From assembly GCA_012026655.1 (NCBI GenBank), contig JAAILG010000183.1:1-64000 (forward strand): 64,000 nt of DNA, given 5' to 3'. The notes under the pieces were generated by a model. It worked only from the letters and a program-made list of their open reading frames with translations, did no database searches and was not told the DNA's origin. The number at the start of each line of letters is the position of its first letter. Position 1 is the stretch's first letter. The translations under genes and the position numbers were made by a program. The stretch is from Hydrolagus affinis (taxonomy: Eukaryota). Positions 1-12,260 of the stretch are shown here, in pieces.

Positions 1-1470
1 TAATAATAATCCCTCCAAAAAAAAACCAATACAATTGGTCATTTCAATCCACGACTGTTTGTAGGACACTGGTGTGCGCAATTGGCTGCCGCGTTTCGCC
101 CACAAATATACCAGGTAATAATACACTGAGAGATAACATCCCTTCAAACAGCCCCTCCTAATGAATTAATGACGGGACTCACTAAGGGTACTGCACTGAC
201 AAAGGGCGTTCAGTGACACACAATGAAAATCGTTTTGAGTTAACTTTGAAGCATAATTGAAACTCAATTGCTACTGAGAAGTGGGATACGCGGTGTAAGC
301 ATTCCAATAAGCAGACCAGGCTGTTTGGCTCATTGTTGAAACTTACTTGGGAGTTGTAGCTAGACGTATGCTTATTATCCCACAAACCCTGAAGGATAGA
401 GTAGTCCCAATTCTGGAGTAGACAAGTGAATTATAACAGTGCTTTGTACTGATAAACTGGGGCCACCATTTGCGCTATTAACATCAACTTAAGATAACGT
501 TAACTGCAGTTCTGAGACTGTTAGATAAACTTACTCCATGTTTTGCAGCAGTTACTAACAGTGACCTCAATCCTTACCTTTGAGCTCTGGTCAATAGTTT
601 ACACACAAATAACCCACAACTGGAGTAGCAATTGACAGATAGATTGACACATATAGTTCCACATGTGCGTTTTAAGCGATATAAGTTGTGTATCACTTTA
701 ATTCATAGATTTACTTTTCTGCAAATGAATTTTATTTCATTTCTTACTGTTGGCGGGTCACTTTTCCGGATTAATAATCCCTTTAATTAATTTTAAAAAT
801 ATTGGATCCCTCAATCCATGACTGTTTGTGGGACGCTGCTGTGCACAATTGGCTGCCACGTTTTGCCCGCAGAATACACAGTCAGTTCACTTTACAGTGT
901 ATTCTTTGAGATGTCTGGAAGACGTGATAAAGCGCTATATCTAATGCAAGGATTATTACAATATTCTTGGCAATCAGTGACTCTTATTCTGGTCTCTGTG
1001 TCTGGACATTAAAACTCTCACTATCAGTTTGTGGTTACAGTACTTCGAGCTCCGCTGTCTTTTCTGCGAAGCAAAATCATTATTGTGCTAGATAAATCTC
1101 ACAACTCTTCATAATGTTTTTGTGCCTCAGTTATTTTGTCTGCCTGTCTGTCTGCCTGGAGCATTAGCATTACCAGGTCTGCTTAGATTCATGCATCTTA
1201 CACAGGGCACGGGATTGTCCACAGCTGCTCTCTCTCTCTCTCTCTCTCTCTGGGCTGTTTCCTGTCTCCATCAATCCGCAAGTAAATCGGGGGAGGAAGG
1301 GAGCTGAGAGCGGAAACCCTGCCATGGACTGATGAGAAGCCTTTAGTACACAATTTTAACATCAAATCATGGCAGTCTGGGAACTAGTACACTAAGCAGA
1401 TCGCTAAAAAACAGAAGAGATCACTGCTCTCCGCACCATTCCCCAAAACACAAATGAACATGTGCATTCC

Positions 1471-1819
1471 TAATTACAATAATCATCCCTGTGTTTGATA
1501 TGGTGTCTTATCATGTCTTTGAGACTTCTCAAAGCACTTCACAGAGTATGCTGTAAAGTGAATTGACTACATTTTGTGAGCGAAACCCGGCAGCCAATTG
1601 TGTACATAAACAGTCATGGTTTAAGTGACCAAGTTATTCTTTATTTTAAGGGATTATTATTACCCCCGGAAAAGCGACCTGCCAAGCATTTGAAAAGTCA
1701 TCGACTGTTTACTGCTAGGGTAAACAGAGGCGTGTGAAGTAAGGAAACGTGCCTAACATTTTGCCTTGCCCGGTAATCGAACTCAGGTCCTCTCACGTGC
1801 GAGGCGAGCGCTCTAACCT
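1471..1819 (-). mobile_element. tRNA-head SINE, long subfamily, near full length
   Basis: Reverse complement carries the head (ggttagagcgctcgcctcgcacgtgagaggacctgagttcgatt), central segment and tail. Confidence 0.85.
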
Positions 1820-2111
1820 AGCATTCCTCTGAGTGACAACACAACTTGAGAAGACACTCATTATAACACCAACTTGCAACCTTCTGTGAAAGGGCTTCAA
1901 TAATCTTACACCGCGGTTTTGCTGTTGAAACTTTTAAAGGGACTTGTCGCTACTTCAGTCTGTTAGTACAACATCTGCCCAGCATCAAACTGATTTTGCG
2001 AAAGAGAGGATGGAGGGGAGGGGTGTCAGTGAAAGAGGGGGCTGACCTTGCCGTTGAAAAATAGCTCTCATTAGGGATGAAAGTAAATTGAAATAAATTG
2101 GGATGAACTTT

Positions 2112-3395
2112 AAAAAAAAAGTGTTTTGCTTCAAAGCAGAGATATCTTAGAATCTAATAAAAGATTAACCCTTAGAGAATGGGTTTTCCTATATCCAGAT
2201 GATTTATTGTAGGTTTGGGGTCAGGGGGAAAAAAATGGTCAGTGGTCAGACAAGGAAAAGCTGGATTTACCAGAGCTCAATGTGATGCAATTACAATATG
2301 AGGAAATGTGTAAAAGAAAATCAGCCACCGAATGGGTTAACCGAAGGACTGAACCAAGGCCATACTGCAGGGGCAGTGAATGATAAATAATACATTCGTT
2401 TGATATAGAGCTTTATCAAGTCTTTGAGATGTCTCAAAGCATTTCACAAAATATACTGTAAAGTTAATTTATATTTTTTGGCGAAATGCAGCAGCCAATT
2501 ACGCACAGCAGTGTTCCACAAACAGTCTTGGATTGAAGTGACCAATTTATTATTATCATTTTTTAGAAGAAATTATTACCCCTGAAAAAGCTATCCAACA
2601 ATTGACTAACTACCAGGTTTTTACTTCCTGCTAAGTAAACAGACGCGTGTGGAGTAAGGAAACATGCTCAACATTTCGCCCTGTTGGGAATCAAACCCAG
2701 GTCTCTCGCTTGTGATGCGAGTGCTCTAACCACTGAGCTACAGGATCTCACAAAGCCCTATTCTTACCATACCTCTCATTGGGATATCTTCTCACACAAT
2801 CTCATCTGAGTTTATATTAACCTGCAACAAGATTTAATGTGTGATTGTGAATTGTGCTTCGCTCAGTACACATTAGAACAGCGCGGCCTAAGGCACTGCC
2901 CGGTCTTGTAAATGGCTAACTGTCAAGAGTATGAGCATCGCTCAACACTGGGTCCTGTCTAAACCTGTTGACCTATATCCACTCCACATACACACACATT
3001 AAATCTCGTTTACAGATTAATACAAACTCAACTGTCTGCAGATGAGACTGTGTGAGGGGAAGGGAGAGATAGGAGTGAGGAGAGGGGATGTCCCAATGAG
3101 AGGTATTGTAAGATTAGGGCTTCACTGCCCTGCAATACGGACTTGGATCAGACCTTTGGTTAACCCTTCAGGTGGCTGCAGATCTATTATTTTTACACAG
3201 AGATGTGTAAAACTTCTTCATATTGTAATTGAATCACAATGAGCTCTGGTATATCCAGCTGTTCCTTGACTGTCCACTGACCAATTTATTCTCGACCAAA
3301 ACATATAATTAATCATCTGGATATCAGAAAACCCATTCTCTAAGAGTTAATCTTTCATTAGTTTCTAACATCTTTGAAACAGAATACTTTTTTTT
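2112..3395. repeat. Long imperfect inverted repeat, arms about 2112-2380 and 3120-3395
   Basis: aaagattaacccttagagaatgggttttcctatatccagatgatt pairs with the revcomp of aatcatctggatatcagaaaacccattctctaagagttaatcttt. Colinear similarity continues through accagagctca and caattacaatatga to gggcagtgaa. Confidence 0.88.
2385..2752 (-). mobile_element. tRNA-head SINE, long subfamily, full length
   Basis: Head revcomp gtgctctaaccactgagctacagga at about 2721-2745; tail near 2390. Confidence 0.87.
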
Positions 3396-4189
3396 AGGGT
3401 TACAAGCACATGCTGAACGAGCATCTCTGTTCAAAAGACGAGACAGGCTGAGAGTGGCTGAGCTCCCCACAACCCTCCCCCTCGCGAGTTGACGGCACTT
3501 TTTCGTTTGTGCGTCGCAAAGGCGTTGCGGAAAGGAAATTTGTCAAGAAAGGACTTGATCATTAAAATAATGCTTCAGGAAAGACGTAATAAATCAGCTC
3601 CAGGCGTGGACTTCCTGAGGAAATGAGGGTTCCCTTCCAGACTGCAAGGAGTCGTGGTGATAAAAAGGAATCCGATTATTACTGCTCATGAACCCAATTC
3701 AGAAAATACGTTGGTGAAAATAATTTTCAGCTGGTCATACACACACACACACACACACATATATAAACTGTATATATATATATATACAATCCCATACAAG
3801 AATCATGATACTATATAAAACATTATAATCCCTTCCCTACAAAATGTTAGCCTGCAACTCGGGTGCAAACCTTTGACTGTCCAATGTCTTGGGACGTCCT
3901 CCGTGAAAGCCACTATATGAATGTAATTTGTTGTTTAAATGCAATAATAATAATATTTGCATTTGATTTAGTGCTTTTCATGTCTTCTAGGTGTCTCAAA
4001 GCGTTTCACAGAATATACTGTAAAATGAACTGACTGTATATTTGTGGGCGAAACACGGCAGTGTTATCTGGCAGATTGTTGGCTGGGTCACTGGGACAAA
4101 ATCCCTTCCCTTTTTAAAGTACAGACATTTGCTGTCCGTACTTTAAAAAGCTGTAACCAGTGTTGAAGGTGTAACTGCCATTGTACAAT

Positions 4190-4490
4190 GAGGAGTCCTG
4201 GAGCATAATGGTTAGCCCGCTCGCCTCGCATTTTACCCAACAGTAAGTAGAAACAGAGTTGATGGTTGATTGGCAGATTGCTTTTTCAGGGTAATAATCC
4301 TTTTAAAAATAAATTGGGCGCTCAATCCACGACTGTTTGTGGGACACTGTTGTGCGCAAATGGATCCTGCGTTTTGCCCACAAGATGTACTTTCAATTCA
4401 CTTCACTATATATTCTGTTGAAGTGCTTTAAAATGCCTCGACGATGTGATAAGTGGCTATATCAAATGCTAGAATTATTATTATTATTAG
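4190..4490 (+). mobile_element. tRNA-head SINE with partial internal deletion
   Basis: ggagtcctggagcataatggttagcccgctcgcc head through ctatatcaaatgctagaattattattatt tail. Confidence 0.8.
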
Positions 4491-5961
4491 TATTACATTT
4501 GTAATACAATTGGACTCGGACAATGGCAATTGTAGAATTGTCGGTGCTTTGAGACACTATCTAGCATGACGGGTTCAGGTTGTTATTGTTGTTGTATCTT
4601 TCCTCAGCAATTAAATGAAACGGAAAATTAACGTGAAGATAAGCTGGTTCAGGGGCACGAAGGGCTGTGAGTAATTACATTTGTGAATAAAAGTTTCTTA
4701 TCCTGATGATCGTGCGTCTAATCGCTGACCTGCTTTCCACTCAGTGGAGTTCTCTTGTCAATTACAGCCAATAGTTTATTCAATTTCCTGCCCAGGACTA
4801 AAACAAATAAATAGACCTTTTTAGGAAAAGAGATCAGAGTTTAATCTCCACACCATCGTACAGTCGCGTCAAATTAGGTTTTAATGAAGCTGACTAGCAT
4901 TGCCAGACCCTGCTGTGACGTTCCTGAACTTCCTGACCAACTCCCCCTCCACCCACCCACCCCCACCCCAGTTAAAGCTCCAACTCATCCTACATCCAGC
5001 CGCCAGTTACTGAGTGAAGTCAGGAGGGAAAAAAAGAGAGAGAGAGAAGCTCGTTTATTTGAAAGTCGCCAAAAATCTGGTTGTGGTAGATTTGCTGGTT
5101 TGCGAAATGAAAGAGCCTTTCAGCCGATCGACGTAAACAAAGGCAGGGACTCACAATTGACATGTTCATGGGAAAAGGAGGAAGGATGAGGCTGATGTAC
5201 TGGCACAGATACAGAGTCTGGCACAAGACTTCCATTATGTTTCTATTTAACTTGAACTGAACAGCCATCCTGTTCTCTATCAGATGCTCCAAGCCACTTT
5301 TGCACAACCCACTGACCTAACACGACCTGCTGACTCACTCTCTTCTGGCCCTGGTCACAGGAACCAATAATTGGAAAGCAATTACTACTTTTTAAACTAA
5401 GTCGTTTCAAATAATCAAATCGGCACAGAAATCTGTATCTCGCCCAAGCAAGCGAGTGAGAACACTTTAGCATCAATGAACGTTTTGTCTGGAAATGTGG
5501 GGAGTATTGGGCAACACTGGAAAACACAAAGTGTGACGCATGAAGGAAAGACAAGGAGCGTGTCTGTGGGTTGGATCCACAACGGTGGACATTTGTGCCA
5601 TTGTCCGAGTCCAAATGTCGCGCCGGCATTTTGTTTTCGCCCTCTGTCTGAATAGATTGCACCAAACAGGAAAACTCACCACAGATTCCAGCCTGAGGGT
5701 ATTACATGCTTTAAAAATGTAATTTTGTTGTTGTTGTTACATGCTTTACTCTGCATCAAATAAAATTAACAAGCCAATTCCTTCACAGAACGAGGCAGAG
5801 CACAGGTCACTGAAACAGCTTGATGCAGTGATGGGAAAAGGAAGGGAATGGTTTGATTGATTGGTGTGATTAAATGGGCCAAAAGAGGCTTCCTTCTTCC
5901 TCATGTTCTCCACTGGGAATATCTCAAGATATCCACAGGGTTAGGTGATATCAGCTGATTT

Positions 5962-6262
5962 GTGGAGTTCAGTAGCGTACTGTTTAGAGCACTCGACTTG
6001 CAAGCAAGAGGACCTGGCTTTGATTACCTTAGACAAGTTTCCTTACTCCACATGCCTCTGTTTACCTAGCAGATTATAGGAAACTGGTTGTAGTTGATTG
6101 GCGGATTGCTTTCTGGGGGTAATAATCCTTCCTACTCACCACTAGGTAAAACAATGTTTGAAGCAAGAAAACTTGCCAAAGATTTTGCCCCGTCTGGGAT
6201 TCTTACCCAGATCCTCTCGCTTGAGAGGTGCGTGCTCTAACCACTGTGCTACTGAACTCTGT
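5962..6262. mobile_element. Two 5' SINE halves joined in inverted orientation (+ 5962-6130, - 6140-6262)
   Basis: gtggagttcagtagcgtactgtttagagcactcg on +, then the revcomp head gtgctctaaccactgtgctactgaactc. Confidence 0.75.
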
Positions 6263-6949
6263 AGCATGCTTATTGGCTCGATAGGTGAACTGCTAGATAG
6301 GTGAACTGCTTAACAACTTCAAATGATGAGTCAATGTCAAGGTTTCCAGGTGAAATCCTAACCAAGCACTTCTTCCATTCATTAGACGTATCTTTGTGGC
6401 GCGGGTGTAACATAGTTTTTCAAAAAAAAATTGAGCGTGTTGTTTAAGCAGACTTGAATTTCAGGAATAACCTCAGTAACTAGTAAGGTTTGGGATGAAT
6501 CAACAGTCTGTGACCCTGATGTTTTTAGTTGTGCGGCTTATAATGTATTTTTTGAAATACATACTCAAGTTGATGCTGGAAAAGATAAATCAATTAGATC
6601 AGTGAGTTGGCAGGAGTTGGGCCTTATTTCATTGAACTTCATTTGTAAAGGCTGCTTGTTGATTGTGTCCATTGTTTTGCACTGGGATGAGCAGCGTGAT
6701 GCAGGCTGTCGGCAGGAGGAACAAAGCTTCAGTTTCATCGGTGAACAAGACTCAACAGAGACAAGAAGCCGATTGCTCGAAGGGCCAGTTCCAGGGATTA
6801 AGTACAAAGGGTTTCATACATTGAGGGACAAAATAAAAATTAAGTGCTGCAAAAATACTGTGACCGTTTGCTAACCATTCAGATCATGTGTGATAGTCTG
6901 GTGGATTAAATATTTCTATGACTAGTTTGTCACAGTGATCAGAACTATG

Positions 6950-7560
6950 TAGTCATTCACAGAGACTGGCAGCTCCAGGAATACAATACTGGGCTCTCAT
7001 TCAGAGGATGTATTCTCTTTATCAATAGAACATTGGTTCATTCAGAAGGTCTATTATCTGTAGCGACTTCCATTCAGAGAGTCTGGTAACTTTAGTGTCA
7101 GAACATTGAATTCTCATTCAGAAGTTAATAAGATGCATTTGTAAATCACTGAACTGCCACAGATCAAGCAGTGATGTTCTGGGCATCTATTAAGAGAGCC
7201 TATTAATAAAGCAATAAAACACAGAAAGAGCTTCCTTTTGGAGGATTCATTATTTCAACCAGTAGAGCTGTAGTCCTGTTCAGAAGGCTCCTTGTCTATT
7301 ATAATAAAGCATTGGATTCCTATTCAGAGGGAGAGTTACCTTCAGCAGACAAGTGATGCACTCTGGTTTATAAATCTGAGTCTTAGCATGAGAGCTGTAA
7401 TATCAGACACCTTCTAGCTATATTGGCGTGGTCATTTCAAACGAAATGTCAATGATAAAGTGTTATACTGTATATTCATTTAGAGGGTCTGATTGCTACA
7501 CTCAAAGAGCATTGGATTCTCATTAAACAGGGGAATGCTCTATTGGTTCCCAATCAGAGA
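6950..7560 (+). repeat. Decayed tandem array, unit about 40 bp, core cattggattctcattcagagg
   Basis: (c/t)attcaga-like cores recur at about 6954, 6998, 7039, 7072, 7114, 7278, 7321, 7477, 7521 and 7551, several preceded by (a/g)cattgg. Confidence 0.7.
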
Positions 7561-7647
7561 CCCAGAGATAATTCTGAAACCTGTGACGGAGTTCATCAGT
7601 GCCCTCTCGCTCTCTTTGTGCAACATTTTATGGGCTTATGGCAATCT

Positions 7648-7948
7648 GTGGAGTCCTGTAGCTCAGTGATTAGAGCACTTGCCTCACAAGCGAGAAACCT
7701 GGATTTGATTCCTGGCATGGAAAAATCTTGGGAAAGTTTCTTTACTTCACACGCCTGATAATAATCCCTCAAGAGAAACAACAATAATAAATTGGTCATT
7801 TCAATCCACGACTGTTTGTGGTACACTGCTGTGCGTTTCACCCACAAATATAGTCAATTTATTTTACAGTATATTCTGTGAAGCCCTTTAAGACATCTAG
7901 AAAATGTAAAAAGCGCTATATTAAATGCAAGGAATATTATAATTATTG
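7648..7948 (+). mobile_element. tRNA-head SINE, short (internally deleted) subfamily
   Basis: Full head, junction cacacgcctgataataatccc, tail tctagaaaatgtaaaaagcgctata. Confidence 0.88.
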
Positions 7949-9129
7949 TAGTCTATTCAAAATACAGATGCAGAGCTAGGTCCCCCTGTTTATCTAGCTG
8001 TAGGTATGAACTCGGTTGTTAGCCAACTGGCGGATTGCTTTCTAAGGGTAATAAGCCCTCCAAAAAAAATAATAATTTTGGTCATTCAAACCACCAGTGT
8101 TTGTGGGACAATGCTATGCTGAATTGGCTGCTGCCATTTGCCCACAGAATACACAATTATTCCACTTTATAATGTGTTCTGTGAAGTGCTTTGAGATGTC
8201 TCAAAGATGTGATAAGGCAATATATCAAACACAAGGTCTATTATTCTTCTTAAGATACGATAGAAAGCAGTTCAGGATTAAGATCTTCTAAAAGATTCAA
8301 TGAAATCATAGGGGCACAGGGGTTTCCTGAATAGTCTAAAATAAGTAGAGAAACTAAGATAAAGTTGTATTTTTTCATCACACAAACTCAATGGAAAACA
8401 ACGATGAAATTAGCAGCATTGGACAGTTACACCCGCGCCACAAAGATACGTCTAATGAATGGAAGAAGTGCTTGGTTAGGATTTCACCTGGAAACCCTGA
8501 CATTGACTCAGGAGATCTCAAAAGGTAAGTGAATTCAAGAATTAGTAAGTACTGCACTTTCAATTGTTGAGAGAAACAGCAGTTGAATCATAGAGAAGAA
8601 TTCTAGAGTTGAATAGGAATTTCCTAGAGTTGAGTAGAAATCAACTATTTCCATCAGAAGGATTATTACCCCTGGAAAACGATCCGCGAATTGAAGAAAA
8701 TCCGGGTTCCTAGTTACTGCTTCTGTAACCAGTAACTGGCCATAAACTGCTCCCTTTACAAACTTCACACAGTTTGGAGTGTGTTTCAACAATGTTTTAC
8801 ATTTTAACCATTCCTTAATGACTGATAATGTTTCACTGCTGTGATTTACACCTCCGTCTCTGATGCAAGATACTGCACCTTAATAGTCATCCCACGTAAT
8901 TCTACAAGAGAGATACAGGCCTTTGCAACAAGCTGCGCACTTCAGTGAATCATCCACATCAATCTGTTAACACTTCAACATCAAACTGAAATTTATCAAA
9001 CCGTGATAAATCCAGTTAGTTTATTTGATATTATGATACAAATTTACATTTACATGACCTATCACTTAGGGAAGATGTTGTCTGAGGTTTGAGAGCAAGA
9101 GAAACGGGTTGGTAAAAATGGCCCGAAAC

Positions 9130-9370
9130 ACGGTCAAAGAGAAAGAACCTGAGGCAGACTTTGAAGGAGGCGAAGGAAGAGGCGAGCTAGGGATGGGATG
9201 GCGTTCCAGAGGGTGGGGACAGATAGGCTGAAAGCTCGACCACTAATGGAAGAGCGGATGCATGTGAAGCAGACTAATGCTTGCTGAGCGGAGGAAATGA
9301 CCTGGTTGGTAATATTTGAGATTAGAGGGCTAAAATGGGGCAAGACGTGGGATGGGATTTAAACTGATGA
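9130..9370 (-). mobile_element. L2 LINE 3' fragment
   Basis: Minus-strand translation includes ISGRAFSLSVPTLWNAIP, typical of the L2 ORF2 C-terminus. Confidence 0.7.
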
Positions 9371-10759
9371 GGATATTCTACATTAATGAGAATGTTTTAA
9401 TTTAGAAAAGCATCTTTTCTTAAAAAGAGCTTAGTTATGAAGATTTCATCTAAAACGCTTGATCCATTACTGTGATTTTATATGAACCTAAACAATCAAT
9501 TGACTGAATTAGATTTTTTTTTGCATTTTAATTCTTATTAAGTTTAATTATAAAGGACATGCTTTTGCAATATGTGTTTTTATAATTGGTACCCTCTGCA
9601 ATACAGACATTATAATTAGAGCTAACTCTTTCAGAGAACCACTATGTTCTATATATCATTTTCAAGTAGAACATCATTATAATTTCTCGTCAACATATTT
9701 ATCTCCTGTGCTAAATCCGATTGCAATTCAAGGTAGATTGCACAGGTGGGAGCTTGTGAGAGCTAATGTCAATACAGTGAATACAATACATTACATTATA
9801 ATGTGCAGGTGTCAGCAGGTATAGTTTATCTTTTATTTGCTGGAATAATATGATTCATTGCTGTATGTTGAAAGTTAGATTTTATCCTTACATTACCTTG
9901 TTTTCATAGGACATAAGCACTCGGTTTATGGTCTATCAACCAATTTTATTTTTTAAACCTTCTTGTGAATGCTTGTTCCCTTTCTCTTTTACCTCGATCA
10001 GACCCCATCAGGGTGTACCTTTGATGCGAGCACAGAATGTGACATTCTGACTCAGAAGATCTCAAAAGGCCACTGCAGATGAGACTCTTGGTTGATTGGG
10101 AAGGGATGTGGAAGGCCATGATGGTGGAATTTCCTGATAGTTTGCCTTCCCATTAGGGAAATGCTCATTTTGTCCCTCTTGTTCCCAGCACCAGCGGCTC
10201 AGCAGAAGAAAGGATCAAATTTGGGTCTCACCAGTCTCAGCCATAAATAATTGGGGAAGAACATAGAGGTTTGTAAAGAAGATTAGAAAGAAACTGAAGG
10301 ACATCGAACACCTCAGACATAAATCTTTGAAAACAAATAGGCGAAAAGTCCAAGGTGCACAGAACAGTGTGATGTGGAAAATGTAGGTGATGTGTCCACA
10401 TTCTGAAAGGGAAAGAGGGAGCAAGAGAGAGCACTGTGTATTATGTAAATAGTATTTTAGACAAAGTAAACTATGAAGAACCTATCTTTTGTTTTCAGGA
10501 GTGACTGATGGATGGAAAATTTTTTAATTATATTTTCTCTTTCGTTTAATGTTCAAAGCAATTACCTTCTACTCCAGTCGTGGAGCAACATTCAAAGGAC
10601 ATTAGATTGGCAGACCTGTCACTGTAACCCTCAACACACTAGTCATTGCTGTGTTAACCAGGAGTTTCTGGTTATGTCAGTCAGGATCAGGGTTAAAGCA
10701 TTTATTTTGTGGCAGGGACACTGGGCTGGTGGAGTGCGTTGGAACACTGGTAAAGAAAC

Positions 10760-11355
10760 TTGGCAGCCAATTACCCACAGCAGTATCCCACAAACAGTCG
10801 TGGATTGAAATTACCAATCTTTTTTTTTAGGGATTATTATCAGGTTTATGGAGTAAAGAAACTTGCCCAGGTTTCGTCCCTGGAATCGAACCCATGTCTC
10901 TTGCTTGCAAGGCGATGCTCTAACCTCTGAGCTGCAGGACTCTACAACTGGTGTGACTTATGTGAGTTTTACTGGGAAATTGCTTTCCAACCAAACATCA
11001 GACTCAGAACAGACCTGGTGTATAGTGATAGACGGCAAGCGGGAGGACCTGGGTTTGATTCCAGGGCAAGATGAAACCTTAGGCAATTTTTCTTGCTCCA
11101 CACGCCTCTATTTAACTAGCAGTAAATAGGAACCCAATTGTTAGTTGTTTGGCAGATTGCATTCTGGGGTAACAATCGCTCCAAAAAAATTGGTTACTCA
11201 ATCCCATGACTGTTTGTGGGACACCACTATGGGCTGCTGCCTTTCGCTCACAAAATATATGCTTTATTGCACTTTACAATTTATTCTGGGAAGTGCTTTG
11301 AGACGCCTCAACAATGTGATAAGGTCCTTTATCAAATGCAAAGATTATTATTATA
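10760..11355. mobile_element. Divergent SINE pair (- short subfamily about 10760-10945; + long subfamily about 11030-11355)
   Basis: Both copies carry family head and body motifs; (ATT)n tail at about 11345. Confidence 0.8.
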
Positions 11356-11914
11356 ATGTTGAAATCAATTTGCACACGGCAATGTGCCACAAACAGCCAT
11401 GGAGTTTCAAGGCGCTACATCAAATGCAAGCATTAGTATCATATTATTATTGTTATGGGCACCTCAGTGTAAGTGCCTCATTTCTACTCAGCCCACTAAA
11501 GCAGGGTTGCAGCAAACCCATTGGAAACAACCATTTATACTTCGCCCTCCACGACGGTGGCATCTCAGTGTGCTTAAAGCACCATTGCAATCCCTCAGCT
11601 ACAGTGGACTGCAGCTGCTCCATTCTGTCTGTCATTGCTATCACTTTGGCTTAAATATACATGTAGCACTAAATAAGTCTGCATTTGAAAATAAACAATA
11701 TGTTTGGATTGGAGGATTAGAAATACTCAGCAAGAAGGGAAACTGGTTTCTGCAGTGGATTACTAGATCTGTCTTTTCATTTTGGGAGGAGGGCAGGGTT
11801 CAAAATGATAGGACGAGTCATCAACAGCTGAGAAACTCTGACTCAAACCAGCCCCTGTGTGGTTATAGCAATTTTTCCCCCCTAATTTACCAGTTAATTC
11901 GAACATAGCTGGAA

Positions 11915-12260
11915 ACCTCACACCAAGATGTGGGAAGTGAGAACGAGTGCAGCAGGGGGGTGACCTTCTGTAGACCGTGTTGTAGACGCGGAGGAAGGCA
12001 ATCTTAGTGATAGACCGGATGTGAGAATTGAAGAGAAGCTCAGAGTCGAGCAGCATGCTATGACTGTGAACCATCTGTTTAAGCCCCAATGGGCAGCCTC
12101 AAAGGTGGAGTGGATAGAGCTGATGCCTGTGGAACAGGAGTTTGCGGTATGAGGATGTAAAGGGAGTCTAAATTTGGTCTGGACCTCCCAGGGCTAGGGA
12201 GGGGAACGCCGGCCAGGATTCCCCGTGCGAAGAATGCTATATAAATGCAAATTGTTGTTG
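11915..12260 (-). mobile_element. L2 LINE ORF2 fragment
   Basis: Minus translation LDSELLFNSHIRSITKIAF resembles the L2 post-RT segment LGVxxDxxLSFxxHIxxIxKxAF. Confidence 0.7.

Larger units (their letters stand above)
6327..8510. repeat. Near-perfect 85-bp inverted repeat, arms 6327-6411 and 8426-8510
   Basis: tgagtcaatgtcaaggtttccaggtgaaatcctaaccaagcacttcttccattcattagacgtatctttgtggcgcgggtgtaac is the reverse complement of 8426-8510 with one mismatch. Confidence 0.95.

Noticed and set aside
347-412. Minus-strand in-frame mini-exon (42 or 66 nt; NWDYSILQGLWDNKHTSSYNSQ) with good splice sites as the next E1 exon
   Set aside because: It shares only LWD with the expected ~100-nt WTLWDRFEV exon; the length and remaining sequence do not fit.
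6950-7560. CRISPR-like repeat-spacer array
   Set aside because: The repeats are degenerate and irregularly spaced, the host is eukaryotic, and there are no cas genes.
7648-7720. tRNA-like cloverleafs (also at about 14128, 15633, 30802 and 48930)
   Set aside because: Each runs into a SINE body and tail, with variable anticodon loops and mismatched stems. They are SINE heads, not tRNA genes.
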